A DNA stretch of 63,779 nucleotides, filler included, from Vannella sp. (taxonomy: Eukaryota), in the NCBI GenBank assembly GCA_023345925.1. It is 7 parts of 7 records of this genome, joined end to end, with 100 filler letters (N's around TTAATTAATTAA, not from the genome) between each part and the next. Parts side by side here need not be neighbours in the genome. Positions count along the whole stretch, not along the records: positions 1 to 12,038 come from JAJQQN010000888.1; positions 12,139 to 21,223 come from JAJQQN010000220.1; 5 more parts are not named here. One strand, given 5' to 3'. This document shows positions 1 through 13,155 of this stretch, piece by piece. The position numbers and the translations under genes were made by a program. The notes under the pieces were generated by a model. It saw only the letters and a program-made list of their open reading frames with translations. It did not search any database and was not told the origin of the DNA. The stretch's first letter is position 1. Every line of letters begins with the position of its first letter.

Positions 1-6
1 CCAAAA

Positions 7-89
7 GACGGCGTGGCCGAGTGGTTATGGCGGTAGACTGCTAATCTGTTTCCCGTAAGGGAGCGCGAGTTCGAATCTCGTCGTCGTCG
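7..89 (+). tRNA. tRNA-Ser (anticodon GCT)
   Basis: Cloverleaf: acceptor GACGGCG/CGTCGTC, D-loop GAGTGG, anticodon loop CT-GCT-AA, long variable arm, T-arm GCGAG-TTCGAAT-CTCGT; followed by a T-run (Pol III terminator). Confidence 0.95.
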
Positions 90-196
90 ATCTGTTTTTC
101 ATGACCCTTTTTTCGAGATGTGACGGAAGAAATGGTACATATTTCTGGTCGGTCGCAACAGTCAGAAATATTTACCAAAAAGGGGCATTTGCTGGG

Positions 197-2003
197 ATGA
201 GTAAGGAGGAGGACAGGCAGGCGTTGTTGGAGAAGATCCGCGCAGACATGGCTGCATCTCGCCAGAAGTTGGCGGAGATGAAGGATAAAAAGGCGCGTGG
301 GACGGTGAACCTGTCTGAGGAGACGGCTAAGAGCTCCGTTGAGTCTGCGAACCAACTTGCAGAAACTACCTCGTTGGTGGAGCGGCTTCGAGCAGAGCGG
401 ACCGCTACAGCTGCTGCAAAGAAGGCCAAGGAAGAAGCAGCAAAGGTTGCTGTGCCAGTCGAGACTGTTCCACTTGTTGCCGCAGTGCCAACTGCCCCAG
501 TCGAAGAGGTTGCTGAGCCGAGAGACCGGGCTGCTTCTATGGCAAGCCCTGAAGCTCCCCGAGCATCAGATGCAGCCAAAAGAGTCATTATGAGCCAAGG
601 AGGACGCGAAAGGTCGCCCTCAGTATCTCGAAAAGTCGTTCTCGTTCGCAAGTTGGCGGATGGAACGGAGGAAAGAGTCATCAAAGAGGTTGCCGTTGGA
701 GAGGAGGGTATGGTGGATGCAGAGGGAAAGCTAATGCGCGTTCGAAAGCTCTCAGTTGCAGAGCCAGAGAGCGTTCGAATCCGTTCACCCTCCGTTGACT
801 CACGTGCACCCGCCCGTTCTGGTGGTGATCGTGTTCTCAGTGAGATATGATACAAACATAGCAATTAGAGGTATTAACATGTCACAGTGGGTGCAGGTCG
901 CCAACCGATGGTGCAACGTGGGCCAGCTGCTGCAACCAAAACCACAACAGGGACAGGAGGCCCCATTCGCTCACTCTCAGACATGCAAGCGGCAATTAAC
1001 AAGGCTGGTGAAGTCAAGAAAAAGGCTCAGCATGAAGGCCAAGTGGAGCAACAACGCCGGGAAGCCCGTGAGGCACGGAAAAAGGAGATGAGCAAGGAGG
1101 AACGGAAGGCCTATCGAGAGTCTGTGAGAATGACAGTCGAAATGAACCAGAACGAGACTCGGGTGAAAGTAAGTGCCACAGCAACGGAGCTTTTCAGAAA
1201 GCTCACAGAAAGGGAACAAGATTGACAAGCAAATTGGAGGCTTCATGATGATGATGCAAAAGCTCGAAGCTGATTGGCAGAAAGGAGAGGAGAGCCGCAT
1301 CAAATCTCTTGAAGACATGGCAGAGCAGCGTGCCCTGATGGAAAAGGTCGGAACTCAAATGGAGTTTCTGACCAACTCTTTGATGGACTTGTCCGCGAGA
1401 ATGGATCACTTGAAGCTGGTTCTCGACCGTTTGATAGAATCAACTCCAAAAGCCGTCAAGAAGGAAGAAAAGTGGTTCGAGTTACTCTCTGCATTCCAAG
1501 ACCAGTTCTGGAAAATGCGGCACCAAGCTTACATCTCCACAGCCAAGTACAAGAAGGTTAGCTAACAGGATGAGGAGGGGATGCATTAATGCTCACAACG
1601 TTCATCAGATGATGGAAGAGCAGGCAGCTGAAGCTGCAGAGATATCTGCAGGAAAGAATGCGAGCGAGAATCCGTCTGCTCCACCGATGCTTCCTCCAGT
1701 AATTGGAGGAGCATCAAGCAACCCCATTACAAGTAAGTTCTCCCAGACAATGTGTTCTCTTTAACAAGGAGATAAGACCTTCTTGGCCAAATCAGATCCG
1801 GAACAGCTTTGAAGAAAATGGATCCAAAAGTTGCTGAGCAAGAGAAGATGTCAAGAAAGGGTAAGTGGCGAGAGTCCGTCCAACTATTGGAAGGTCTTCA
1901 AAATAGTTTGAAAGATGCCCTTGACCAGCGGCACATGGCTCTCTTCTCTGACGACGAAGAAGACGACGATTGGAGCGATGAGGAAGACGAAGAGGACGAT
2001 TAA
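197..2003 (+). CDS. Coiled-coil protein with C-terminal Pro-rich/WH2/central/acidic (WCA) module; putative Arp2/3 nucleation-promoting factor
   Basis: GT-AG introns 840-887, 1169-1220, 1557-1608 and 1733-1776 join the ORF fragments in frame. The last exon reads NLLGQIRSGTALKKMD (WH2) ... LKDALDQRHMALFSDDEEDDDWSDEE (C + acidic Trp). Confidence 0.75.
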
Positions 2004-2046
2004 GAAGCTTTTCCCCCCACTTTTGAGTTAAAGAAAGATTCATTTG

Positions 2047-5000
2047 CTACTCTAGCGGAGCACTTAGACCACGGTCGCGGGCAGGGTTGCGTTCCAAAGT
2101 CTTCCGGCGGCGAGAATCGCGGGTTCTCTCGTTCTTCCGGCGTTTCTGTAAAATAGCCTTCTCTGGATCCAGGATGACGTCCGCCATTCTTTGCTTCTTC
2201 TTACGGAGGCGAGATGCCTCTGCATTCTTCCGGATTGTCTGATAGGCTTTGAGGTAAGCTTGCACTCCCACTTGCCCTTTGATGAGTTCGCTCAGTTTCT
2301 CAGCAAGCTCCTTCACTCTTTCTACAATCCCAGCGTTCCGGTTAGTTCTTTCAAGATGCAAGCTGATGGTGTCTTCTTACCATCTTCCACAGCCACTGTG
2401 CTACTGTGATAGAGTGGTGCAATGGCCGGCACTAAGAAGGGCTCAAACTCTTCTCCAGGAAGTTGCAAGGCCATCCCTCCATAATAGTTTAAGATACTCA
2501 GCCGCTAGAGATGCATTAGAACAGAGTTGTACGACGTAAAGTGACATACGTTAGGTGTAAACTTTTGAAGCCTTCTTGCTGCAAAGGAAAGGTTGCGGAA
2601 GACCCAATGGACCACTTGATGCTGCATATCTTTCTCGGGCTCGACAACATCATCTTCCTCTCCAGATTCTTCCTCTTCTTGTACCACAACCCGACTCTTT
2701 CCAACTGTGTCACTAAAGAACTGGAGCTTGCGCTCCTCAGGAAGCGGATTAACCGCGCTTTCATGAAGGGAAGAGTTGGCGAACAGAGCAACGCTCAGGA
2801 AGAGCAGATTCCGGACAATCTGTGTTCCATCGTCTTCTGTCAGCATTGGACTATTCAATTGGCGGCAAAAGCGTCGTGCCAACAACCAGCCCAGACCTTC
2901 CTCTTGAAGGAACTTGAATGTGGGAAGTGCAGACACTCCTGAGAGATCCTTGGGGGACTTAAGAGATGCAAATGACAGCCCAAAGATTCTGCCACAAAGC
3001 AGGCGAACCCAAGAGTGAGAGTGGAGCATCAACTCCGTAAGGCGCCAGAAAAGATCCGTTAGAGATGATTGGTCTCCACTTTCTGTGAGAACACCCGAAT
3101 CCACTCGGAAGAGTTTCTCTACAGCCAATAAAGAGTAATAAACAACGTGCCAACGCTGAGGGCGAAGGGAAATAGCATCCCGGTCCAGTTCATCCTCTTC
3201 TTCCTCTTTCTCCTCCTGAACGTCAGGGTCTTCCATTCTCTCTGTCAGAAGGCTCAAAACATTTGATAGTCGACGAGAAGCAAGCTTTCCAGATGCTTCT
3301 ATCAATAGACCAACAAGTTGCGCAGCAGCGCGTTGGAGGGCCAGATTGGAATCATCTTTGAGCCACTTTTGGGTTAGATTGAAGATGGACTGGAACCGAA
3401 CATCATTCACAGTCTCTACAAGCTTCTTAATGACACTCCCAGCCATCTCCCGGCAAGTGGTATCTTCATCATTCACAAGAGAGAGAACTAAAGAGAAGTA
3501 AAAGTACTCAGCCTGCTTGTTGATATGCTCTGCAGGGAATCTCGCGATAAGTCGGTGGAAGAGATCCAGCAGGGACTGACGGCCGTCCGGAGAGTAGTAT
3601 TGGAGGTTCTTCAAAAGGAAGTCCAAGTGCTGTTGCAGTCGAGTATCTCCCAAAGGGTAGTACAAAAGGAAGTTCAGGAACATTGGCAAACATGCCTGGC
3701 GGACACTGGACACTGTGGAAGTGACTATCAGTTCTCCCACTCGCTTCATCAGATCATACAACTCTGGCAAGATAATCTTCCGCCCAATAAGAGCTCTCAG
3801 GAATGCGAAAGTCAAAGTGGAACGCTCTAAAGTATCTAGATCTGTGCTGGCAAGTCCCAAAAGGAACTTAATTTGGTCTTCTGGCACATCCACGGAGTAC
3901 AGACGGTCAGGTGCAGGGCAACAGTCTCGCAAGAGAGTGACTTGGGACTTGAAACAGATTCCAACAAGCTCTGACTTGGGACTGCTCTGCCTGATAAGCT
4001 TGAAGATAGCTTTGTTAATGAGGCGAAGATGAATCTCCAATGAGGGCAGCTGGAAGCTCATGAGGAGATTCAGACACTTAATAGAAAGGAATAGACACTG
4101 CTTATGCTGAGACTTAAGCGCACGATACAGCAATGGCACAAACGGGTCTAACATTCGAGACTCCTCAGGTTTCTTCGCATCAAAGCGGACGCGCTTAAGG
4201 CAGGAGAAGAAGAGAGTCAGTGCAAACTCTGCTAGCAAATGAGAGTTCGTGTGCATGTCAATTTGGTTTTGGCGGGCTTGTTTTAGATCACGAGGCCCTT
4301 CTTGTACTCGAACGCGCTCGCCCTCGTCAGGTGCGTTGTAAAGGCGGACTATTTTGCTGGTATGGACTTGATGGGAGTCTATTTCAGCCTTTTCAAGCTC
4401 TTTGAAGAACTGTAGATTGTCCTTTGTCACTGTGTACAAGAAGACCAGCATCTCTTCATTGGAGATTCCCTGGTTCTTTCCCAACCCAATAGAGATCTTC
4501 TGGAGTGCCTCTGTTAGTTGTCGCAGCACTTTGGTCGATGTGGAAGTGATCAACACGGCGTAGATTGGCTGAATGAGGTCTTGGATGTGATTGGAGAAGC
4601 CAATAGTTCGAGCTACAATGCCATAGCTCTCGTAGGACTTCGTAGTCTTCGCTTCCTTCATTGAGGACTGGATTTGCTTGACCTCCTTCTTCTGTGCTGC
4701 CTCTCCGATGATGTCAGAGAGAAGAGAAGTCGACAATTGCTTAACGCAATGATTCAGTCCATTCAAAGGGATGCTGCGCGCCTTCTGGAGGTTCAAGAGA
4801 AGGTAATGAAGCGTAAAACCAAGTATCTGAAGCTGATAGCCTTTTGTTAGAGTGGAATTGAGCTCGCGTAAGACCAATCCAAAGTGTTGGCTGCCGAGAG
4901 CCTCGATGACTTGGAAGAGAGTTTCTCGGGTGTCATCGCGGACTTGCTGGTCGCGACTGCGGAGGTTTTGAACCAGCTTTTTGAAGAGTTTGGGCACTTC

Positions 5001-8000
5001 TCTGCGTTGGAGACTGTCAGGGAGTAGTTGAATGACTTTGACGACTGCCAGACTGATGTGAATGTTACTGGAAACTTGAGACTTGTCACTTTGCATGAAA
5101 TCGAGAAGATTGGGGATGATTTGACGGGTGAGAGCTCCCATAATGCGTTTGTCTCCCTCAGAAGCCCCGGCTGCATCTTCTTGCATAGTTTCATCCTCTT
5201 CGTCCTCAGCTTTAGAGGAAACAACTGCGTTGGCAGGCTTGACCGCAACCTGGAGCTCTGTTTCTTCTTCATTGGAATCTGCAAGTGCCTCCAGAATGGC
5301 CTCTTCATCGTCATCTGCTGGCTCTTCTTCTTCCATGCTTTCTGGGTTTGCTTGGTCTGTCTCTGGTTCTTCCATGATACCTTCCATCTCTTCGTTATCC
5401 TCCACCATCACAGTGTCCTCAGGAGTCCTCCCGAGGAAGTGAAATTGATCCAAAACACTGCAGCAGAGTCGAATGATTTGCTTCTGCTGAACAGCAGTGC
5501 TGCTTTTGGCCTGCTGAATGAATTGAGATAGCTGTTGATAGTATCTCTTCCAGGGCAAATGCGCTGTGATATTCGCCAATGCATTCAGACTCTCTTCGGC
5601 CACGTTTCCGCCAGCCTTTCCCGCAATGATTTGGTTGAGAAGAAGGGGAATAAGCACCAGATTATACGAAGCAAAGGTGAAAGGCACCTTTCCCCGGCGT
5701 TGGGGAGCGACCAAACGCTTGAATTGAACGATGGCTTTCCCTCTCTCGGCTGAATTGGAAGACGCAAACTGCAAAAAGAAGCTCCAGTCGGACCGCGCTA
5801 AGCTTTGCATGTCTCCAAACACCTTCGGGAACGCACCCACCATTTGGTGCATCACTCGGAGCGCCTCAGAGAGATTCTTTGACTCGCGGGATGACTTTCG
5901 GATGATCTTTTTAATCCAAGGGAACACTAAGTGGGTCGCCACCTTTTGCCACGAGAAGGAATTCTCCTTTGCCAATGCCCGAGGTCCTGAAAAAGCAAGT
6001 AAAAGTCCCAAAGACTCTTCCGCATTATTGCGAATGGAGACATCGAGATCTGTCATGAAGCGCAGCACATTGTAGACCAGTGGGAAGTAGTACTCTGCTG
6101 GAACTGCTGCCTCCTGCATTTGCTCTAGATGCTCCTTTGTCATCAAAAAGCCCGCCAGTCTCTCATCGTAGTCATATTGTCCAACTACCTTAAGAGAGAA
6201 TGCGTTGGTTTTGGCCAAGATTGTGGCAATTGGTGGGAACCCAGAAAGCCTTCCGGACACTGCACTGACAAGCTCAATCACTAATTTCCGAGCTTCTAGA
6301 TCTGCTAAGCTCAAAAACTGATATGCCACTGCCTCAATGATGTACAATGGGTCGCTAACAAGATGGTGCAAGCTCTCTGTGATCCTCAGTATCACTACCT
6401 TCCTGGATATTGGGATTGCGTTGTAAGTAGGAGCAAGATAAGTGAGAAGGGTCTTGACTAGGCGTTCTGCTTGAGCTGCTTGAGTAGCATAGGGTGCCAG
6501 TCGAGCCAATAATTGGAGGACTTGTTCAACAGCAGCTGACTGGGATGTTGCTTGGAGCTGGAGAGAGCTTAGCCGCTCTATAATCACATCCACATACTCA
6601 TGAATGAGCTGCTCACCCTGGGACCTGGAATTGAGGAGGTCTTGGACATCAACTAAACTCTCAACAACTCCCAGTACTTGAGTCAATACCCCTCGGGATG
6701 TTTGAGGATCGATGCACAAGAGAACCAATCGAATGCACTCAGTCTTCCGCAGTTGTAAAATCAGCTGGGGCGAAGCCGTCATAGCTACAATGAGCTCAAG
6801 AACGGGAGTGGATTGCTTGGGAGCAGAACTCATTTGGGAAATCATTGGAGCTAGTAACGAGAAGAAATCTGGCTGAAGGAAAGAGGCGTAGTCATACTCA
6901 GGGTAGAGTTGAATGACAGTTCCTAATCGGCGCAAACAGGCACTCCGAATATTGCCTGTGGCACTGGTCTGTCCTTTGTGACCGGCTTCCCAAAGGATAA
7001 GGCCGACAAGGACATGCAGGATTTCAGGGAGATACATTCCCATCCTCTTTCCAAACTGCTTCAGCACCTCTTGCAGGAGGACGAGCACTTTGCTCTTCCG
7101 GGACAAAGAGGAACGAGATAGCTGGTGGTGCACCGGAGAGGTGTGCACAAGAGCTTGGTAAAGGAGCTGGTCTGTCACTGGCGACTCATTAAGAAGGCCC
7201 AAGTAAGTATCAAAAGGCTGTAAGAGCAACTGGAACAGAGGCCGCAGCTCAGTGACCTCTAAACCCCCCAGATAAGACAGAATAGTGTGCCTATGAATCT
7301 TTGAGCGCCGGTGAATCGCGATCAACTTGGAATGGAGGATATAAACAAGGATGCGAGCAAACTCCCCTCGATGCTGCGGTTTGATCCTCTCTGACTCTGC
7401 AGTGATACTGAAAGCGGTCATTTCTTCGCGCGTTGTCTTGTCGTCCACCAGTCGATCTAAAGTCTCCTTATAAGGAACCAAGTATTCGAACCTCCACGTT
7501 AACAGGCAAAGAAGAGCAGCTTTCTGAGTTTCAGTGTTACCAAAGGAGAGGAGGACTTCGTAGATTTGCTGGAGTTTTGAGCTGTATTTGAGTTGAGAGG
7601 GACTTTTGAAGAGTGCAAAGACCTTCAAATAGTCGATTAGTACTGCTTGAAGAGATTTGGCGGGCAAGAACTTGTTGGAAAGCTCTGCTTCGCTCTTAAG
7701 CTCGAAAGTAAAGTCATCAAAAAGCCCACGAGGGGTCAGAGACCTCCACTCAAGAGGCGCATATTGCTTCTGCACAAAGGAGAGGAAATGAGGAACCAGG
7801 CGTTTGGCAACCTGCTCGACCTTGAGCGGAAAGAGAGCAAAAGTCTTCCAAATGGAGGAATGCAACGCCATTGGCTCAGCTGACTTGAGAGCATACCCGT
7901 GGCGCCGCTCAGAGCGGATAACTTCTTCATTATAGCGTTCGCTCAGAGCATTCTCTGCATAGGAATCAACTTCCTCCTCTAAGGCGGTGCGGATAGTGCC

Positions 8001-10688
8001 TGCCACTTGCGCTGTCATCCCAGATCCAGCGGGTTTGTGCTTCTTCTGTCCAAGGATGTGCCTTTTGGGGCGGATTTGTCCATCTAATTGGAGAGACTGC
8101 AACACAATCACATCATGGAGCTTCTCTAGAAGCCCATGAAGTGTATCGAAAACGAGTTTGAAGTGATTCACAGCAAGAAACGCCAAACTTTTGATTGCAA
8201 CGGGCCAAAGAGGAGTGTACTTGATGTGTAGAACACCAATTAATGCGTGGCAAACCAGTGGAACAATGGTACCCTTGACACTTTGCAAATAGGCTTCCAA
8301 ATCACTGAGAATATGAGTTGCCACGCGAGCCTCCATGCTCTTCTTGTCCACCTCTTCCACTTGCAAGAACTTTGCGAGAACAGAGGCGTGAGACGATTCA
8401 CTCTCTTCCGTGAAAAAGGCCAAAAACAGTTGGTAAGAGTGGATACGAAGCTGCTGATTCGGAGAGGACAGATTAAGTGAGAGTAGCTGCCGCATAGCTT
8501 CGGCATTGGCTCCGCTCTTGATCTTTTGAACCACTGAACGCTTCACAATCGATGCTGGGATGCTATTGAGCGCATCTAGGAACTCCTTGACGCTTTGTAC
8601 CAAATGTAAATTGGCTGGCTCAATCTCAAGGATTCTCTTCGCAGTCTCCCAGCAAGAGGGCAGCTCCTTTGGCGCATAAGAATGAAGAAGCTTCCACCAA
8701 GTTCGGAAGGCTTCGGCAAGGATGACAAAGTCCTCCAAGCCTCGGTGCGTTGTATCCGTCGTCAATTCGATAGAACGCTCTAAAGTCTTCTTAATTGGGC
8801 CAAGAACCTCGGGGTAAGGCACTTCTGTGCTTTGCAAGGCCCGCAAACTGGACCACAACCGATCATAAGTGATGTTTTGGCTTTCGGCACTCCTCGAGTT
8901 GAAGGCATCCAAGGAGCCAGCGACCAGAGTATCCAAGAAGGATCGCTCTTGGCCATTAGTGATAACAATGCGGTTTTGGTGAGAGATCCGAACCAGATTC
9001 GGTGCCGCAGCTCGATTCCAAGCGGAAGACTCGCAGATATCCAAGAAGAGGCTAACAACCAGCTCAAAGTGATCCTTAACCAACTCATTACTGATAGAGA
9101 TGATGTGAGGGAGCACAATTCGAGCAAAAGCGATTCGCAACGGCATTAGCTCTCGCAAGAAGCAGCAGAATGCAGTCACAGTCTCACTGGATTGCATGTG
9201 CTCTCTCTTGAAGAGGTCACTGAGCATGCCAGGAAGGTGCTTATCCACTTCTTTACCGTTCTCGTAATCGCTTTGGGGCAGAATGCATCCAGACACAAGC
9301 GATAATGTGAGTGACAGCAGCGAATAGTCCTGCCGGGAGATCAGAGGGATCATTGTCGCAATGAGATGGAAGATTGGCTCTTCTACGGCTTTGTGGTGAA
9401 GCCAGAAGGAGCCTCCACGATGCCTTACGAAGAAATGGACCATCTCCAAGGCAAAACGGAGGCTCTGGACAGACAAAGTCTCTTGTGCTGATGTCTCAGT
9501 GACGACAGCAGAACTCTTGCGCTTCCTCTTTGATCCCAGAGGAGTGGGAGGCGCCTCTCGTTGCTGTTCAAGTGTGTCCAGGAGTTCCTGAGTCCAGGAA
9601 AGGAGGATAAGAGCAAACTCGTGGCTGTGAGTGGCATCTGTATGTTGGCACATCTTCTTGGTCAGTCCAAAGACCACAGAGAAGGTCCATTCCGACTGGA
9701 GAGCGCGGAACTGCCGCAGAATGGCGGCGAAGTAGAGGTTTAGGCGCGAATGGAAGGCGTAGTCCACGCCTCTGATGACTTCGAAGAACAGGTTAACCAG
9801 TCCATCACACAAGAAGAGCATCTGAGTGGGCTTCTCCTCCCCTTCCGTCATGGAAACGTCCTGATCATCCTGATCTTCGAGTTCCCTGTTCAGAGCAGCA
9901 CGTTGGTGAAGGAAGTGGAACATAGAAGCAATCAGGGGCTCAATACGATCCCTCTTGACGTGCCGGAAGAGGAAGGCGAAGCTCTCCGCGGAGAACTGGC
10001 GAATAAACTCTTTTGGATGCGAGAGGATGACAAAGTAGTACTCCTGGAACAGCGCTTCGATGTCCTCAACGATGAACTTACGAAGGAACTTGAAGAGGTA
10101 GCCGATACACGCGAAACACTGCTCAATCCGGTCCGCACTGCGGAGGTTGAGGAGATCGACAACCACTCGTAGCGCCTCCCTGAAGTACGGATAGAACTCA
10201 TCGAGGAGATCACGAGCGAGGCAAGTGATGAGTGTGAGAAGGGAAGGGACAGCGAGGCTATCAGGGAGGGAGAGATGAGTGATCAAGGTGCGCCAGATCT
10301 CCTCTTTGTGAAAGAGGAGTAAAGGGAGACTGCTGATCAAGGGGCGTACTTCTGCAGCGAAGCGGTGGAAGTCTTCAGAGTAATCGGTAGTGAGAAAGCC
10401 TTCGAAGGAGTCTTGGAAGTGGGACTGGACGCCTTCGGAGTACAAACCGGGCGCGAGCGCGAGGGTGCGATCCGCTGAGCGAAAGACATTCACTTTCAGT
10501 GTGAGAAGACGATCAGAGAAGCGCAAGTGGCCCTTCCGTAACTGCTTCTGCTTCTTCGCGCGAGACAAGATCGGCGTCCGTACCGGCCCTTCCATTCTCC
10601 CCACCAAATGAATGATCCCTCCTTCCCTCCTTCCTTCCCTCCCTCCTTCCCTCGTTCTCCTCTTCCTTCCATTTGCTGTCCCTTCCAT
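2047..10688 (-). CDS. UTP20: U3 snoRNP/SSU processome component UTP20 (HEAT-repeat protein)
   Basis: About 2800 aa. N-terminal RFSDRL..LKVNV and SSLPLLLFHKEEI; DRIM-like core; LRSRDQQVRDDTR and MKEAKTTKSYES; C-terminal DPEKAILQKRRKN. Two short introns near the 3' end. The true start may be the ATG at 10595. Confidence 0.93.
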
Positions 10689-10772
10689 TCAACTCGAGAG
10701 TGGACGCATTACTGAGAAAGTCGCAGTCAAAGGACAAGAGTCGGTCTTGGTTGCCTCCCTTTGGGAAGAGCA

Positions 10773-10927
10773 AATGAAGCCAAATTACGTGGGAGGGGGA
10801 GTGAGGAATGAAGTCTAGTCATGTATGTGGGAAGGGGAGTGGGGGATGGAGCAAAGTCATGTGTGTGGGATGAAGTCAAGTCATGTATGTGGGAAGAAGG
10901 TTCCAAAACAGGGAATGAGGAATGAAG
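10773..10927. repeat. Imperfect tandem repeat (core AGTCATGTRTGTGGGA, about 4 degenerate copies)
   Basis: Repeated ATGAAG..AGTCATGTATGTGGGA units visible between the UTP20 start and the next gene's stop. Confidence 0.6.
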
Positions 10928-10932
10928 GTGAA

Positions 10933-12038
10933 TTATCTCTTGCGGTGATTGACACGAGACTGCCTCAATGCCTGTTGCTCCGCTGTACTGTTGCCTAATT
11001 GCAAGTCTTGAGTGGACAGAAACAACAACGCACCTCGTCCAGAAGCACCAGTTTTGCGGATGATGTCGGCGGTGGCTGTTTTGAGCCCAATCTCCTTCAA
11101 AAAGGCGGCCATTTCTTCAGGCGTTTGGCAATCGCAGAGGGCGCAGTCGTGTTTGGCGAAAGGCAGCTTTCCGTGGAGAAGACGGTCTTGGGTGTAAAAG
11201 ACGACAATCTGCTGTTCTCTTGATAACGCAGCCACCAGTAATTGGATTTCCTCCGCGAGGCAACCAGCGAGATTCGTGCTATCGAGGTCAGATAGTGCTC
11301 GGATGGTCTTCGGTTCAGCTCCAAAACAATTCATCAACAGACTTAGTTTTGGACTGTTTTCTCCACCCAAAGCGCAGAGGCCGTCCCGGTCAGCCTCGAG
11401 TTGGGATTCGAGTTGGGAAACAAGCTCTCTCTCCCACTTTGCAGCAGATTGCGCAAAAGCCTTCAAAGCAATCGTATCCAGCATCTCCCATTCATTCAGC
11501 TCTGCCAGTAGACTCGCCTCGACTGCAGCTTGGGTTTGCTCCGCTTCCTGGAAAGTGATTAGCTGCAACTGGAGCTCCTTAATGGCCTGATCGGTGTCTT
11601 TGGCTCCTTGGGAAGCTTCTTCTCTTCTTTGCTGCGCTATGGCTAGCTCTGCCTTCTTGTTCGCTATTTTCAGGTCAAATTGTGCCAATTGAGCATCGAC
11701 GGGCTCCCAGAGAAGGTGAAGAGTGAAGGAACAGGGCAGTCGCCCGTCCTCAAACCGCGTCTTCATTTCTTCCTCCTGCGGATAAGGCGAGAAGACCATG
11801 GCAGCAGCTACGCGTTTTGGCACTCCCAGTGCCTTTTGGAACTTGAGACCAGACAATCTTAGCTCCCTCTGTGGAAGAATTTGATCAAGTTTGGCCTTAC
11901 AGTGGGCCTTCTTTTGTCAGAATCACTAGCTACCATCCCTCTTTCCCTTCCAAAGGCGCACCTGCTTGCAAATTCCTCCAGCACCGATGAGCAAATCGAT
12001 AATCTCATCTCGATTGTTCGCCACAGCGAGATCCAGAG
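10933..12038 (-). CDS. 5'-partial ankyrin-repeat / coiled-coil / SAM-like protein
   Basis: The exon at the contig edge reads LDLAVANNRDEIIDLLIGAGG (end of an ankyrin repeat). GT-AG intron 11908-11961 joins it in frame to the 307-aa ORF, which has a coiled coil and QTPEEMAAFLKEIGL...GALLFLSTQDLQLG (SAM-like). Confidence 0.65.
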
Positions 12039-12138
12039 NNNNNNNNNNNNNNNNNNNNNNNNNNNNNNNNNNNNNNNNNNNNTTAATTAATTAANNNNNN
12101 NNNNNNNNNNNNNNNNNNNNNNNNNNNNNNNNNNNNNN
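12039..12138. other. Artificial contig spacer
   Basis: N-run + TTAATTAATTAA (stops in all six frames) + N-run, 100 nt. Confidence 0.98.
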
Positions 12139-12277
12139 TCATTCTTGTACCGCAAAGGGCACACAAACGTCGTCAAGGCAGGCTTGCCTGGTGCCGCAGA
12201 ACTTGGCATTATAAAATGACACTCAAATAGAATTCCTTTCATTGTGGAGTAGAAATTAATAAAAATTAAAAAATCAT

Positions 12278-12922
12278 TTAAAGATGAGAAACTTCCCTCT
12301 CGTGTTTGGCGCTCCAGATGTACCATAGGAGAGGACCATCTGCTGATACAAGGAACTGGGGAGTAGATAGGCTGGTAGGGAGGGGTTTGTGGCTGATAAA
12401 GGAGATGAGGCGGAAGCCAATCCTCTCGTAGATGGAGAGAGCGCGGGAGTTCTCTGCAAACACGCAAAGAGAAACGGAGGGGTGCGCGTATCGTTCAGAA
12501 GCAACCTTTTTGAACGCATCAAGACTCTTGGCTGCAACACCATGTCCGCGGTGAGCTCTACCTACGAGCAAGTAGCCAATATAGGAGGTTTGAGCTAAAG
12601 CGGCTGCGATGTCCTCAGGAAAGGTGCCCGGCGCTCCGTTCTTGAAGCAAACAAAGTGACCGATTGGATACCAAGTGCAGACATCACTACACAGCTCCTC
12701 TTCGATGGCAAACAGGTCTGTAGGCTGCTCTTGAGCGTGCTTTGCGAAGGACGCCGCATCCGTCATGGCTTCCGTTCCACACACCATAAACCGTCCTTCC
12801 ACACTCTCTGTGACCCACCACTCTTCCACTTCTTCCCAAAACCTTGCCTCAGGATCTGCAGCTGACAAAGGAGGATAGGAAGACCACTCTACCAAACGAA
12901 TGCGTACTCTCCTCTCCCCCAT
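12278..12922 (-). CDS. GNAT-family N-acetyltransferase
   Basis: Motif A YLLVGRAHRGHGVA and motif B LCVFAENSRALSIYERIGF. Start codon uncertain; no intron needed. Confidence 0.85.
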   Translation of the reverse strand: MGERRVRIRLVEWSSYPPLSAADPEARFWEEVEEWWVTESVEGRFMVCGTEAMTDAASFAKHAQEQPTDLFAIEEELCSDVCTWYPIGHFVCFKNGAPGTFPEDIAAALAQTSYIGYLLVGRAHRGHGVAAKSLDAFKKVASERYAHPSVSLCVFAENSRALSIYERIGFRLISFISHKPLPTSLSTPQFLVSADGPLLWYIWSAKHEREVSHL

Positions 12923-13155
12923 CCAACACAATGAGAACCTCTTCCAAACCACTCCACAACTCCAAAACAAACTTCCTTTTGCACATGGGAACCAGCCAGG
13001 CCCCGGACTCACTTCCCTTTCGCGCCACAAAAGGGGTTAAGAGGGAAGATTCACGCCTTTGCAGTGGCTGCCTCCTTCCTCCTTCCTTTGTAACACCGGT
13101 GGCGTCGTCCAGAGCGTGTAATCCCTGATTACCTTCATTCTCAGGGGCGACGGCG

